Shown: piece after piece, positions 1 to 10,416 of the stretch
Layout of the letters: every line of letters begins with the position of its first letter
Position numbering within the stretch: position 1 is the first letter of the stretch
Source of the DNA: an uncultured Leptospirales bacterium
GTDB lineage: Bacteria > Spirochaetota > UBA4802 > UBA5550
Length of the DNA: 64,000 bases
Reading direction: 5' to 3'
Assembly (NCBI GenBank): GCA_964529415.1
Contig: CAZGWD010000002.1
Coordinates: forward strand, 222,089 to 286,088
The notes under the pieces: model-generated
Database searches by the model: none
Told to the model about the DNA's origin: nothing
Seen by the model: only the letters and a program-made list of their open reading frames with translations
Program-made: the position numbers and the translations under genes

Positions 1-319
1 TCTGCGAAAGAAATCTTGAATTATCAAGCAGACCAATTACAGCTTCAAGCTCTTTCTTCAAAGCTGAGATGTAATCTTTTACCTGTTCATTTCCAGGCAT
101 TGAGATTCTGTTGCATCCGCAATAGTGGCATAGCCTTTTACAGAAAGGAATATGAATATAAATGGAAATATTCTGCGGGCTTTTTGAATTGGATTCAACT
201 ATTGATCTCCTGAAATCTTCAGATGAAAAATCGCCTGTAAAATGATTTGCCGGCGGATAGCTTGTATATCGCGGTACAGGTGAATTGTATTTATCCAGGA
301 GATATCTGCTGATTTCCAT
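1..319 (-). CDS. hemN: Oxygen-independent coproporphyrinogen III oxidase (radical SAM), 5' part only. The gene runs off the window start.
   Basis: Minus-strand translation from the ATG at 317-319 gives MEISRYLLDKYNSPVPRYTSYPPANHF...IHIPFCKRLCHYCGC (CxxxCxxC radical-SAM motif). The start lies 1 nt after the hemE stop. It is absent from the ORF track because it has no in-window stop. Confidence 0.75.
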   Translation of the reverse strand, partial: MEISRYLLDKYNSPVPRYTSYPPANHFTGDFSSEDFRRSIVESNSKSPQNISIYIHIPFCKRLCHYCGCNRISMPGNEQVKDYISALKKELEAVIGLLDNSRFLSQ

Positions 320-320
320 T

Positions 321-1358
321 TTAACTTCTCATCCAGTCGGCAGACTTGATTTTTTCAACAAGATATTTTACATTTTCAAATTTATTTTCAGGATTAAGTC
401 CGTGTCCTGTATTGAATATCCAGTTATAATTCTCCCTGCCGAAGATAATAAATTTTTCAAGTTCAGAATCAATTATCCTGCGATCATCTGCAGAAAGAAT
501 TCTCATATCAAAATTACCCTGCAGACCAACTGCCGGATCAATAATTTTTCTTGCTTCAGAAATATTATACTGCCAGTCAACTGATACATAGTCCGTGATA
601 TCTTTATTGATTTTTGAAATTCCAAGGCCAAGGCCTTTCGGGAAAAATATTACAGGCACATTTTCCCTGCGTACAGCATTTGTAATTTTTTTTACATAAG
701 GAAGTATTGCAGAAAAATATAAATCAGAAGGAATAAGTCCTGCATGTGTATCAAAAAGCTGGAATGCATCAATCCCGCGCCTGGCCTGATTAACAGCATA
801 TTCAACTGACAGGTCTGTAATTTTCTCAAGAATGATCTCTGCTTTTTTTCTGTCGGTATATAGAAGGTTAACTGCTGCAGCAAAATCGTGTTTCTGGCTG
901 CTGCCCTCAACCATGTAACAGAAAGTTGTTAAAGGAGCACCGCAAAATCCGATTAATGCTGTTTCAGAAGGTTTCTGTTTTTTAATTATATCAATAGCTG
1001 TATAGATATGCTCAAGTGAGGAAGGATTCGGATTTAGATCATTCACTGAATCAGGCATATGCTTTAACGGATTGTCAAATACTGGACCTTTGTCTGTAAA
1101 GTTTAATTGCATTCCAAGACCTTCAGGAATTACAAGTATATCTGAAAACAAAATAGCAGCGTCAACACCGAGAGATCTTACTGGCTGGAGAGTCACCTCA
1201 GCTGTCAGTTCGGGCTCTGTCATCAGCTCCCTGAAAGAATATTTTTCGCGGAGTTTCAGATATTCAGGCAATACACGTCCTGCCTGACGCATAAACCATA
1301 CTGGCGGGCGTTCCCTTTTTAAACCTTTTACTGTATCGTTAAATAGATTATTTGTCAT
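321..1358 (-). CDS. hemE: Uroporphyrinogen decarboxylase
   Basis: PPVWFMRQAGRVLPEY signature; 345 aa. Confidence 0.9.
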   Translation of the reverse strand: MTNNLFNDTVKGLKRERPPVWFMRQAGRVLPEYLKLREKYSFRELMTEPELTAEVTLQPVRSLGVDAAILFSDILVIPEGLGMQLNFTDKGPVFDNPLKHMPDSVNDLNPNPSSLEHIYTAIDIIKKQKPSETALIGFCGAPLTTFCYMVEGSSQKHDFAAAVNLLYTDRKKAEIILEKITDLSVEYAVNQARRGIDAFQLFDTHAGLIPSDLYFSAILPYVKKITNAVRRENVPVIFFPKGLGLGISKINKDITDYVSVDWQYNISEARKIIDPAVGLQGNFDMRILSADDRRIIDSELEKFIIFGRENYNWIFNTGHGLNPENKFENVKYLVEKIKSADWMRS

Positions 1359-1380
1359 TTAGTTCCTGATTTTAGCCGTA

Positions 1381-2670
1381 TTATAATTCACGAAAAGCTT
1401 TCCTGGCAGATTCAATTGTCAGCTCGATATCTTCATCTGTATGCGCATTTGAAACAAAAGCAGCTTCAAACTGCGATGGCGCAAGATAAATTCCTGATTC
1501 AAGAGATAAACCGAAATATCTGGAATAGATATCCCTGTTTGATGTCATTGCTTCATCAAAAGAATTCACAGTCTGATTTCCGGTAAAAAACATAGTAAAC
1601 ATGGAGCCGATTTTGTTGATTACTGCCTTAATCCCGGATTCTTCAAGGCCTCTGGTTAAACCGGCACATAACTTTTCTGTTTTTATTTCGAGATTTTTAT
1701 ATATGTCCGGATTTTCATTCAGGGTTTTCAGCATAACAAGGCCCGCAGCCATTGCCAGAGGATTTCCTGACAGTGTTCCAGCCTGATAAACCGGACCCTT
1801 CGGAGCAAGCATTTCCATTATTTCCCTGCGTCCGCCGTAAGCGCCCACAGGAAGACCGCCTCCGATAATTTTGCCCAGAGTCGTCAGATCAGGTGTAACT
1901 CCGGAATACTGCTGAGCACCTCCTTTTGCCAGCCTGAATCCTGTGATTACTTCATCAAAGATGAGAAGCGAATTATGCTTTTTTGTTATATCACGGAGAC
2001 TCTGGAGAAATCCTTTTTCCGGCAGAACTACACCCATGTTGCCTGCAACAGGCTCAATGATTACTGCTGCTATTTCATCCGGGTATTCAGCAAAAAGAGA
2101 TTTTACAGATTCGATATTATTATAATCTGCAGTTAAAGTGTCATTTGCAACAGATGATGTTACTCCAGGGCTGTCAGGCAGGCCAAGTGTTATTGCACCT
2201 GAACCGGCTTTTATCAGAAAGCTGTCAGCATGCCCATGATAACATCCTGCAAATTTAATTAATTTTGCTCTCCCAGTAAATCCTCGCGCAAGCCTGATTG
2301 CACTCATGGTAGCTTCAGTGCCGGAATTGACCATCCTTACCATCTCAACAGACGGCACCATGGAAACAATCAGTTCTGCGATTCCGGTTTCAGCAGCAGT
2401 CGGTGCTCCATAGCTCGTTCCCTTTTCTGCAGCCCTGCATATTGCTTCAACAATAGGCTCATACGCATGACCGAGTATCATCGGTCCCCATGATCCCACG
2501 TAATCAATAAATTCATTTCCGTCTATATCATAAATGCGTGATTTTAAAGCATGGCTGATTACAAGAGGATTTCTTCCTACACTTTTAAAAGCGCGGACAG
2601 GGGAATTAACTCCTCCGGGAATCAGCTGCTCTGCCCTTTTAAATTCTTTTATGCTGTTTTCAATTTTCAT
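1381..2670 (-). CDS. hemL: Glutamate-1-semialdehyde 2,1-aminomutase
   Basis: Class III aminotransferase with DEVITGFR and the PLP-lysine region; 429 aa; sits in the hem operon. Confidence 0.9.
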   Translation of the reverse strand: MKIENSIKEFKRAEQLIPGGVNSPVRAFKSVGRNPLVISHALKSRIYDIDGNEFIDYVGSWGPMILGHAYEPIVEAICRAAEKGTSYGAPTAAETGIAELIVSMVPSVEMVRMVNSGTEATMSAIRLARGFTGRAKLIKFAGCYHGHADSFLIKAGSGAITLGLPDSPGVTSSVANDTLTADYNNIESVKSLFAEYPDEIAAVIIEPVAGNMGVVLPEKGFLQSLRDITKKHNSLLIFDEVITGFRLAKGGAQQYSGVTPDLTTLGKIIGGGLPVGAYGGRREIMEMLAPKGPVYQAGTLSGNPLAMAAGLVMLKTLNENPDIYKNLEIKTEKLCAGLTRGLEESGIKAVINKIGSMFTMFFTGNQTVNSFDEAMTSNRDIYSRYFGLSLESGIYLAPSQFEAAFVSNAHTDEDIELTIESARKAFREL

Positions 2671-2680
2671 TTTTTTTATT

Positions 2681-3658
2681 TTACCTGTTCAGAACAGATG
2701 CGATTTCCTTTGCAAAATATGTAATTATTATATCAGCCCCTGCTCTTTTAATAGAGATTGCGGTTTCCATCATTACTCTCTCTTCATCAATCCAGCCGTT
2801 TGCAGCAGCTGCCTTTATCATTGAATATTCTCCGCTTACATTATACGCAGCAACAGGAATATTGAATTCATTCTTTGCCCTGTATATTATATCAAGATAG
2901 CTCAATGCAGGCTTTATCATGATGATGTCTGCACCTTCATCCATGTCAAGAGCAATTTCCCGCATAGCCTCATCTGAATTTGCAGGATCCATCTGATAGC
3001 TTCTGCGGTCGCCGGACTTGGGCTCGGATCCTGCAGCTTCGCGGAAAGGCCCGTAAAAACCAGATGCATACTTTGCTGAATAAGACATTATCAGCGTTTT
3101 AGAAAAGCCGTTCTGATCAAGAGCAGACCTTATGCGCCCTACCCGTCCATCCATCATATCACTCGGTGCGATTACATCAGCTCCGGCACGTGTTAATGAT
3201 ACAGACTGCTTCGATAGAGTTTCAAGAGTTAAATCATTATCAACATCATTATCAACTATTGTGCCGCAATGGCCGTGAGTTGTATATTCGCAGTTGCATA
3301 CATCAGCAATGATTAATAAATTATCAGCAAATTCTTTTTTAATTGCCCTGATTGCCTGCTGCACAATTCCGTTATCATCACACGCAGCAAGCCCGTGCTC
3401 ATCCTTATGATCTGGAATGCCGAATAGCAGAATAGACCTCACCCCGCAATCAGTAATTTTCCTGCATTCTTCAAGAAGTAAATCAACGGAAAGCCTGCTG
3501 ACACCCGGCATTGAAGCAACTGGATCGCTGACTTTTTTCCCATGACAGACAAAAAGAGGCATGATCAGATCATTTACACTTAAAGAGGTTTCAGAAATCA
3601 TATTTCTGACAATAGGATTGGTTCGTAATCTTCTAAGCCTTGTTTCAGGAAACGCCAT
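2681..3658 (-). CDS. hemB: Porphobilinogen synthase (ALA dehydratase)
   Basis: [13 protein letters not shown] active-site region; 325 aa. Confidence 0.9.
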   Translation of the reverse strand: MAFPETRLRRLRTNPIVRNMISETSLSVNDLIMPLFVCHGKKVSDPVASMPGVSRLSVDLLLEECRKITDCGVRSILLFGIPDHKDEHGLAACDDNGIVQQAIRAIKKEFADNLLIIADVCNCEYTTHGHCGTIVDNDVDNDLTLETLSKQSVSLTRAGADVIAPSDMMDGRVGRIRSALDQNGFSKTLIMSYSAKYASGFYGPFREAAGSEPKSGDRRSYQMDPANSDEAMREIALDMDEGADIIMIKPALSYLDIIYRAKNEFNIPVAAYNVSGEYSMIKAAAANGWIDEERVMMETAISIKRAGADIIITYFAKEIASVLNR

Positions 3659-3686
3659 ATATTTTTCCTTTAAAAAATAAGTTATT

Positions 3687-4454
3687 TCAGTTCAAGCTGA
3701 AATATTTTTCTATTTCCATTGCAAATGACAGCCAGTCAGGTTTTGCCGGTACTATCAATGGAACAAGATTATTATCTATTGCTGCTTTTTCGGTTGTTCT
3801 GCCTATACAGGCTATGCGGAAATTCTTCTTGAGTTCATGCTGATCGCTTAATTCAATAAATCTCTCCAAAGCAGAAGGACTCATAAATGCCAGCATATCA
3901 TATTTGTCAGAAATAAGAAGTTTCATTATTTCCGGATCAGGATCTGCAGCAGGTGAAGTCTTATAAACATTAATTCGGGAAACATTTGAAAATCCAGAAA
4001 TACTTTCCTGAATTAAATCACCTGCCAGATCGCCAAGCACAAGTAAAACTTTATCATTTTCTTTTATATTATCATGCTGTAATTCTATTATAAAATCGCC
4101 TGAATCCCTGCCTTCAGATACGAAATATGGATGGAGCCCGCTCAATTCAAGTTCTTTTGCGGTTTTTTTGCCGAGAACTGCAATTTTCAATAAAGACAAT
4201 TCTTCGTATTCTATTTTCTGATCATCCAGCAATGACAGAAAATATTTAACCCCGTTTCTGCTTGTAAAAATCAGCCAGCCGAATGAACTGAGTTTTTTTA
4301 AAACAGAAAAAATAGAAGCATCAGGCTCAAGTGCTGAAATTTCAATCAATGGCATGTTATACACAGCTGCACCCTTATCAGCAAGATACGCTTCAAAGTC
4401 ATCATCACCGGATTTTGCCCTTGTTGAGATAATTATTTTTTTTTCCAGCCCCAT
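3687..4454 (-). CDS. hemD: Uroporphyrinogen-III synthase
   Basis: 255 aa HemD-like protein lying between hemC and hemB. Confidence 0.7.
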   Translation of the reverse strand: MGLEKKIIISTRAKSGDDDFEAYLADKGAAVYNMPLIEISALEPDASIFSVLKKLSSFGWLIFTSRNGVKYFLSLLDDQKIEYEELSLLKIAVLGKKTAKELELSGLHPYFVSEGRDSGDFIIELQHDNIKENDKVLLVLGDLAGDLIQESISGFSNVSRINVYKTSPAADPDPEIMKLLISDKYDMLAFMSPSALERFIELSDQHELKKNFRIACIGRTTEKAAIDNNLVPLIVPAKPDWLSFAMEIEKYFSLN

Positions 4455-4475
4455 ATAATCCAGGTTAACCTTGAT

Positions 4476-5405
4476 CTAACTTATTTTTATATTCATCGAA
4501 GCAGCAGCAGCAATTATTTCCCTGCCAAGCTCTCTCCCGAGAACTTCAGCATCGGTAATAGATGCTTTACCAGATGTATAATATGTTTTAAAGGTAAAAT
4601 GATTGCCAATCATTGCTGCAAGATTAATTTCATCACCTTTAATTGTAGAATAAGCAGCAAGAGGGAATTTACATCCGCCCCCGATAGTACGCATGAAACT
4701 GCGTTCTGCAATAGACGCATTTTCCGTTTCTTCATGATTTACTTTTCTGAGAATTTCAATTACATCTGCGTCATCACTCAGGCATTCAATTGCAATTATG
4801 CCCTGGCCTATTGCAGGAATATATGAATCCACAGGAAGATAAGCATTTTCAGGAAAAGTTTTATTCAGACGCTTCATGCCGGCTGCTGCAATAACAATAG
4901 CATCATATTCTTCTCCGGATAATTTCTTAAGCCTTGTGTCAACATTTCCCCGCAGATCTTTAAATCTTGCTTCTGGTTTTGATGATGCAAGCTGAACTAT
5001 CCGCCTGGGGCTTCCTGTTCCGATTATGCATTTGTCATCAAGTTCATCTAAAGTGCATCCTGTCCTGGTAAGCAGTATGTCTCTGGGATCTTCGCGTTTT
5101 GTAAATGAAGCAAGGATCAATCTATCCGGCTGAAAACCTGGAACATCCTTTAAGCTGTGAACAGCAAAATCAGCCTTGCCCTCAAGAATGGCATTTTCAA
5201 GCTCTTTAACAAAAACTCCGGTGCCTCCGAATTGTGTAAGAGGTTTATCAGTAACTTTATCTCCCTGTGTGCTGAATTTAACAATTTCAAAACTGCAATC
5301 AGGATTTTTTTCCTTTAACAATTCAACTGTCTGACAGGTCTGGGTATAGGCAAGAAGGCTTGGTCTGGTTGCAACTATATATTTTTTATCAGTGCTCATT
5401 ATCAA
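4476..5405 (-). CDS. hemC: Porphobilinogen deaminase (hydroxymethylbilane synthase)
   Basis: IVATRPSLLAYTQT N-terminus; 309 aa; overlaps the hemA stop by 17 nt. Confidence 0.9.
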   Translation of the reverse strand: MIMSTDKKYIVATRPSLLAYTQTCQTVELLKEKNPDCSFEIVKFSTQGDKVTDKPLTQFGGTGVFVKELENAILEGKADFAVHSLKDVPGFQPDRLILASFTKREDPRDILLTRTGCTLDELDDKCIIGTGSPRRIVQLASSKPEARFKDLRGNVDTRLKKLSGEEYDAIVIAAAGMKRLNKTFPENAYLPVDSYIPAIGQGIIAIECLSDDADVIEILRKVNHEETENASIAERSFMRTIGGGCKFPLAAYSTIKGDEINLAAMIGNHFTFKTYYTSGKASITDAEVLGRELGREIIAAAASMNIKIS

Positions 5406-6669
5406 TATCCAGGGATAATGTATCCTGCAATGTGCTGATAATTTTCAATAATTCATCTTTAGTTGTTGCACGCCGTATATTTTTCATTATCACCTTGATA
5501 ATTTTCCCCGCATAAGCATCAAGCATATCATTAACTGCTTCTGATTGAGATGATTCAAGGCTGTTATAGAAATCGCTGTAAGTGGAAATAGTTCTGTCTT
5601 TAATAACGCCAAGACCTTTTTTAATCTCCATCATTGCAGGAATTATTGATTGTTTTAAATACCATTCAAAATATTCTTCTGCCAGTTCGTTCACCAGTTG
5701 AGCCGCCTTCTCAACCTCTTCTGTTCTTTTATCGAGATTATCTTCAATGACTTTTTTAATATCATCAATAGAATATAGAATGCATCCGGACAAAGTTCCT
5801 ATCATTGGATCAATGTTTCGCGGTATTGATAGATCCACAAAATAACGCGTTTTCCCGTCATTGCTTTTAACCGATGATTCCATCAAATCCCGTTTTAAAA
5901 TATATTCTTCAGAGGTCGTAGAAACAACCACTACATCAAAATTATTAATCCGGTCGTATCTATCCTCGAATCTTTCAACGCTGCAGTCAAATTGTTCCGC
6001 AAGTGAAACTGCATTTTCGTTTGTACGGCTTGTAATGCTTATGGCGCAATCATGAAAATACGAAGAAAAATTTGCAGCAGCAAGCCTGGCCATTTTCCCT
6101 GAACCTACAATAAGCAGACTGAATTGATGGTCTTTGGGAAAATATTTACGGATTATATCAAGAGCAAGAGTTGCAACTGACAGGGAACCTTCGCCGATTT
6201 TTGTATCGCTGCGGACTTTTTTCCCTGACTGTATGGCAGTCTGAAAAATTTTATTCAGCATGCTGTTTGTTGCATTAAGTTCCTGAGCTTTTAAAAAAGC
6301 ATCCCGTATCTGTCCCTGTATCTGATATTCGCCCACTACCATTGAATCAAGACTTGCAGCTACATTTAGAAGGTGATATACAGCCTGATGGCAGCTTTTA
6401 AGATAAATTATCGGATTCAGCTCCGAAGTTGGAACTTTGTGGAATTCTTCAATGAAGGAAATTATGTCTGAAAAACCCGTATCTATATTTTCTACAGCCG
6501 AATAAACCTCAACTCTGTTGCAGGTTGATACAATAATGCTTCCTTTAATGCCGGGTTTTGAATTAAGCAGCCTGTATGCTTCGGGCAGAACATCTGAAGC
6601 AAAATGAAGTTTCTCTCTTTTTTCAACGGTAGCAGTTTTATAATTTGCCCCTACAACTATTAAATGCAT
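5389..6669 (-). CDS. hemA: Glutamyl-tRNA reductase
   Basis: VVGANYKTATVEKREKL N-terminal signature and an NAD-binding Rossmann fold; 426 aa. Confidence 0.9.
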   Translation of the reverse strand: MHLIVVGANYKTATVEKREKLHFASDVLPEAYRLLNSKPGIKGSIIVSTCNRVEVYSAVENIDTGFSDIISFIEEFHKVPTSELNPIIYLKSCHQAVYHLLNVAASLDSMVVGEYQIQGQIRDAFLKAQELNATNSMLNKIFQTAIQSGKKVRSDTKIGEGSLSVATLALDIIRKYFPKDHQFSLLIVGSGKMARLAAANFSSYFHDCAISITSRTNENAVSLAEQFDCSVERFEDRYDRINNFDVVVVSTTSEEYILKRDLMESSVKSNDGKTRYFVDLSIPRNIDPMIGTLSGCILYSIDDIKKVIEDNLDKRTEEVEKAAQLVNELAEEYFEWYLKQSIIPAMMEIKKGLGVIKDRTISTYSDFYNSLESSQSEAVNDMLDAYAGKIIKVIMKNIRRATTKDELLKIISTLQDTLSLDIDNEH

Positions 6670-6813
6670 TTTTCCCTTTATCTATTAAACAATTATAATT
6701 AATCCGGCATATTCAAGAAAAGAACATTATCAATTTTATAATCAGCCAGATCAAGTACAATTCTTTGCAATCACTAAAACTGACGGATCTCTTTAATAAT
6801 GTAGACAGGTTTA

Positions 6814-7512
6814 TTATATTTTTTCTTCCATTTGAAAACTCTTGATATCCAGAAACCAGTGTTTCCAGAAACCGTCTTTTAAAGCTGTTTCGCTTTCTGT
6901 AATTGCAATTTTTTTATTGAATAATGGGCCGTCATATACGAATGTATGAAACTCCCCTCCTTCGCCGCAAACACAAATATTTTTTTCAAGGAGATCTTTT
7001 ACAATATTACTATCTATTGTTTTACCGACAATTGATGAATCAAATAAACTTTCTTTAGCACTTACTATTGCAGTTTTAAAACCCAGATCCATAAATTCAT
7101 TAATCAGATCGAGAGTATCCTTGTTCCATAAAGACTCAATGGCCAATACTCCTGCGGCTTCACTGCATACGCGCTCAACCCAGTCTTTATGCTCATCAAG
7201 ATATATATCACCGAAAACAATTCCTTCTATATCATACTTATCTTTCAGTTCAATTACTGCGTTTTTAAACTCTTCTTCATATTTATCCATATCCTGCGGC
7301 ACATCTTTCAGCAGTATTGGAATGCCTATTGCCTCTGCCTGCATTTCAATCAGATCAATAGGTATGCCATGAAAGCAGCACCTTCCATATTCCCTTGATA
7401 CAAGATTAAGCAGCGAGACAACTTCATGCCCTTCCTGGATAGCCTTATAATATGCAAGGCAGCTGTCTTTACCGCCGCTCCATGAACATGCAACTCTCAT
7501 TTTATTCTCCAA
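6814..7512 (-). CDS. PP-loop ATPase of the MJ0570 / diphthine-ammonia-ligase-like family
   Basis: CSWSGGKDSCLAY PP-loop motif; 232 aa. Confidence 0.6.
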   Translation of the reverse strand: MENKMRVACSWSGGKDSCLAYYKAIQEGHEVVSLLNLVSREYGRCCFHGIPIDLIEMQAEAIGIPILLKDVPQDMDKYEEEFKNAVIELKDKYDIEGIVFGDIYLDEHKDWVERVCSEAAGVLAIESLWNKDTLDLINEFMDLGFKTAIVSAKESLFDSSIVGKTIDSNIVKDLLEKNICVCGEGGEFHTFVYDGPLFNKKIAITESETALKDGFWKHWFLDIKSFQMEEKI

Positions 7513-7970
7513 TTTTAAATTTTGTTTAAATCTTTCTAAAATATATTTCTTTGAATATAGCTTTTATAAAATCAAATATTTTATCAATTACGGAGCATTT
7601 CCTGAGACAGATTGCAGTTTTCAAGCACCAAAAAGCAACTATAAATCCTGACAAACTGTTTTATATCAGGAAATACTAAATGAATTCTGCATCAATACTT
7701 GCCGGAATACATCTTTTGTATATAGAATAAGGGGGATGTGCAGGATGAATTATTCCGCTTATACAAGCTGTACTGATTTTGTATAAAATCCTTCTTGTGA
7801 ATACTTTCTTAGTTAAATTAAATCATATCATACTGACGGAAAGCATGAAGCTGCTTACAGTTTGCTGTAACTTTGCTGCAAGTAGAGATAATTCAGATAT
7901 TAAACAACAACGAGGAGAATCCTTGTGAAGCCCAAGTACTGATCAAATCAGGACTTAGCTTTTAAAAATG

Positions 7971-8044
7971 CACGCCCGGCAGGAGTCGAACCTGCGACGC
8001 ACGGATTCGAAGTCCGACGCTCTATCCAACTGAGCTACGGGCGC
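7971..8044 (-). tRNA. tRNA-Arg, anticodon read as UCG
   Basis: Reverse complement GCGCCCGTAGCTCAGTTGGATAGAGCGTCGGACTTCGAATCCGTGCGTCGCAGGTTCGACTCCTGCCGGGCGTG folds as a cloverleaf with 7-bp acceptor, D-arm, anticodon loop CTTCGAA and T-loop TTCGACT. The 5' end resembles E. coli tRNA-Arg. Confidence 0.8.
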
Positions 8045-8076
8045 GTGCATGTTCCAAAAACTGCTCTTGGGTTTCA

Positions 8077-9054
8077 ATGTCAAGAAAAAATGAATTGATT
8101 CATAAACATTTAAATTTATTCATATCCATTATGAATAATACCAAATACTGGATAGCGTTAAGCGTAATAAAAGGAATAGGCCCTGCTGTTCTAAAAGAGG
8201 TATATTCCGGTTTAACGTCAAAAAAACTTACAATGGCTGATCTTTTTGATCTCAAAAAAATTGAGATAGAAGAGGAATTAAGCTTTAATGAAAAAATTGC
8301 TGATGCTGTAATTTCAGCAAAAGAAAAAATAACAAAAACAGAAGAAGACTATTTCAAAATTATTGACAGCGGAATTAATGTTATAACTTTCTTCTCAGAC
8401 TTATATCCGGTAAGACTTCACGAGCTGCTCGAAAACAGCATACCTCCATTTTTATATGCATACGGCAACAGTTCCCTTCTGTCGAAGAAAAGCATTGCAA
8501 TGCTTGGAGAAAAAAAAATCAGCGAGAAAGGCGAAGTAATTGCATACCTCGGAGCAAAGGATCTCGTGTCACACCATATACCTGTTATCGGCGGAATGGC
8601 AGGTGGTGCAGGCCTGATTGCACACAGGTCAGCACTCGAAAACGGAGGGGAAACTATAGCTGTTCTTCCATATGGAATAAACCACCTGATTGTGCCTAAA
8701 GTGATTTCCGACATTTCTGATTCCGAAAGGATTCTGTTCATATCGCCTTTTTATCCGACATTTGAGGCTGACCAGTACAGCGCATTTAAAAGAAATAAAA
8801 TCATTGCAGCTTTATCCTATGCAGTATTTATTGTTGAAGCTCCGGAAAGCGGAGGAATATTTGAAGCAGCCAAGTCAGCTCATTCGATCGGCGTTCCGCT
8901 TTTCACAGCAGAATATTCAGAATATCCGGCATCTGCTTCAGGAAATAAAAAAATACTCTCTGAGCTTGGCGGTCTTCCTGTCAGAGGAAGGCTTGTTAAT
9001 AATTCGCTTGCTCCGAATATGGATAAAATAATAGGATGCGCAAAATTCGGGTAG
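8077..9054 (+). CDS. dprA: DNA-processing protein DprA/Smf
   Basis: Rossmann-like DprA core GGMAGGAGLIAHRSALENGGETIAVLPYGIN; 325 aa. The true start may be the internal Met at ~8131. Confidence 0.75.
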   Translation: MSRKNELIHKHLNLFISIMNNTKYWIALSVIKGIGPAVLKEVYSGLTSKKLTMADLFDLKKIEIEEELSFNEKIADAVISAKEKITKTEEDYFKIIDSGINVITFFSDLYPVRLHELLENSIPPFLYAYGNSSLLSKKSIAMLGEKKISEKGEVIAYLGAKDLVSHHIPVIGGMAGGAGLIAHRSALENGGETIAVLPYGINHLIVPKVISDISDSERILFISPFYPTFEADQYSAFKRNKIIAALSYAVFIVEAPESGGIFEAAKSAHSIGVPLFTAEYSEYPASASGNKKILSELGGLPVRGRLVNNSLAPNMDKIIGCAKFG

Positions 9055-9057
9055 GAT

Positions 9058-10287
9058 ATGTCTGATAAAAAAAATAATAAAATTGAGATCGTCTCACCTG
9101 CGGGAAATCTGGAAAAACTGAAATTTGCAGTCAGATACGGAGCGGACGCAGTCTATTTCGGCGGCGACGGATTCAATCTCAGAATCAAGTCAGACAACTT
9201 CAGCATGGAAGACATTGCCGAGGGTGTGAAATTCTGCAGAGATAACAAGGTCCGATCAATATTTCTACTGAACTCTTTTCTTCACGAGAAGCAGATAAAT
9301 GAAGCAGGTGAATATATAAACGCTGTTAAAGATTTCGGTTTTGATGCAGTAATGGTTTCAGACCCCGGCATGATGATGCTTGCAAAAGAATCAGGCATTA
9401 AGTCCGATATCCATCTGTCAACCCAGATGTCAACCCTGAACCATCTCTCAATAAAATTCTGGACAGGAGCCGGAATCAAAAGGATTGTTCTTGCAAGGGA
9501 AACAACCCTTGACGAAATACGCATGATCCGCGAACACACTGATGCTGAAATTGAAATATTCGTACATGGAGCTCTTTGCATCGCCTACTCCGGCAGGTGT
9601 CTTCTTTCGAGATTCATGGCTGGCAGGGACGCGAACAACGGTGACTGTTCTCATCCATGCAGATGGGAATATTCACTTATAGAAAAGAAACGGCCTGACA
9701 GCTACATGGATATAATTGAACATGAATCAGGAACTGAAATTCTTTCATCTTTCGATCTTTGCTTGATCAGCAAGCTTGATGAGTATGTAAAAGCAGGAGT
9801 AAGCGCTTTTAAAATAGAAGGCAGAATGAAGTCAGTTTACTATACTGCAAATGTAACAAGAATTTACAAGCACGCACTTCAATGCACAGGAACTGATTCA
9901 TTCAAGGAAAATATCGGGTTCTGGAATCGCGAACTGGATCAGATCAGCCACAGGCCGTTCACAGACGACCTGTTCAATGAATTCGGTGATGCTGGTTTTG
10001 AAAAAATAAAGTATGTAAACAAATCAATGTTCATGGGATACAAAACAAGCATCGGAGAATCAGACAGAGTTGAAGTTAAAATCGGCAATCCGATCAGGAC
10101 AGGCGATGAGCTTGAAGCGATATTCCCCATTAAAGAAAAAGTTATAGACGGAAAATTCACCGTTCTCGAAATAATAAAACCGGACGGCACAAATGTGGAT
10201 ATGGCAAGGCCGGATGAAATATATACTATTAAATTTAACGGAGCTGTTGCAGATAATGCTATATTCAGAAAAACTTTAGACAAGTAA
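9058..10287 (+). CDS. Peptidase U32 family protein
   Basis: N-terminal KIEIVSPAGNLEKLKFAVRYGADAVYFGG, typical of U32 collagenase-like proteins; 409 aa. Confidence 0.75.
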   Translation: MSDKKNNKIEIVSPAGNLEKLKFAVRYGADAVYFGGDGFNLRIKSDNFSMEDIAEGVKFCRDNKVRSIFLLNSFLHEKQINEAGEYINAVKDFGFDAVMVSDPGMMMLAKESGIKSDIHLSTQMSTLNHLSIKFWTGAGIKRIVLARETTLDEIRMIREHTDAEIEIFVHGALCIAYSGRCLLSRFMAGRDANNGDCSHPCRWEYSLIEKKRPDSYMDIIEHESGTEILSSFDLCLISKLDEYVKAGVSAFKIEGRMKSVYYTANVTRIYKHALQCTGTDSFKENIGFWNRELDQISHRPFTDDLFNEFGDAGFEKIKYVNKSMFMGYKTSIGESDRVEVKIGNPIRTGDELEAIFPIKEKVIDGKFTVLEIIKPDGTNVDMARPDEIYTIKFNGAVADNAIFRKTLDK

Positions 10288-10362
10288 GGGAATATCTATT
10301 TATCATTTCATTGACATTCCCCAGTGTAAATAATATAAAAACAGAATACACTCCATCTTGAA

Positions 10363-10396
10363 TCCTCCCCATTGCCAAGGGGGAGACAGAGGGGGT
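10363..10396 (+). repeat. G-rich hairpin repeat (CCCC-ATTGCCAA-GGGGGAGACAGAGGGGGT) upstream of hisS
   Basis: Same family as 61457-61487 and 61851-61883, with an inverted copy at 61367-61407. Confidence 0.55.
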
Positions 10397-10416
10397 CTAA
10401 AAAAACGGAGAAATAA

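Noticed and set aside
16-213. 65-aa + strand ORF at the window start
   Set aside because: It lies antisense to the clear hemN radical-SAM reading frame on the minus strand, which starts 1 nt after the hemE stop. It has no recognisable similarity and is treated as spurious.
8418-8741. 107-aa minus-strand ORF inside dprA
   Set aside because: It is an antisense overlap of a well-supported DprA frame.
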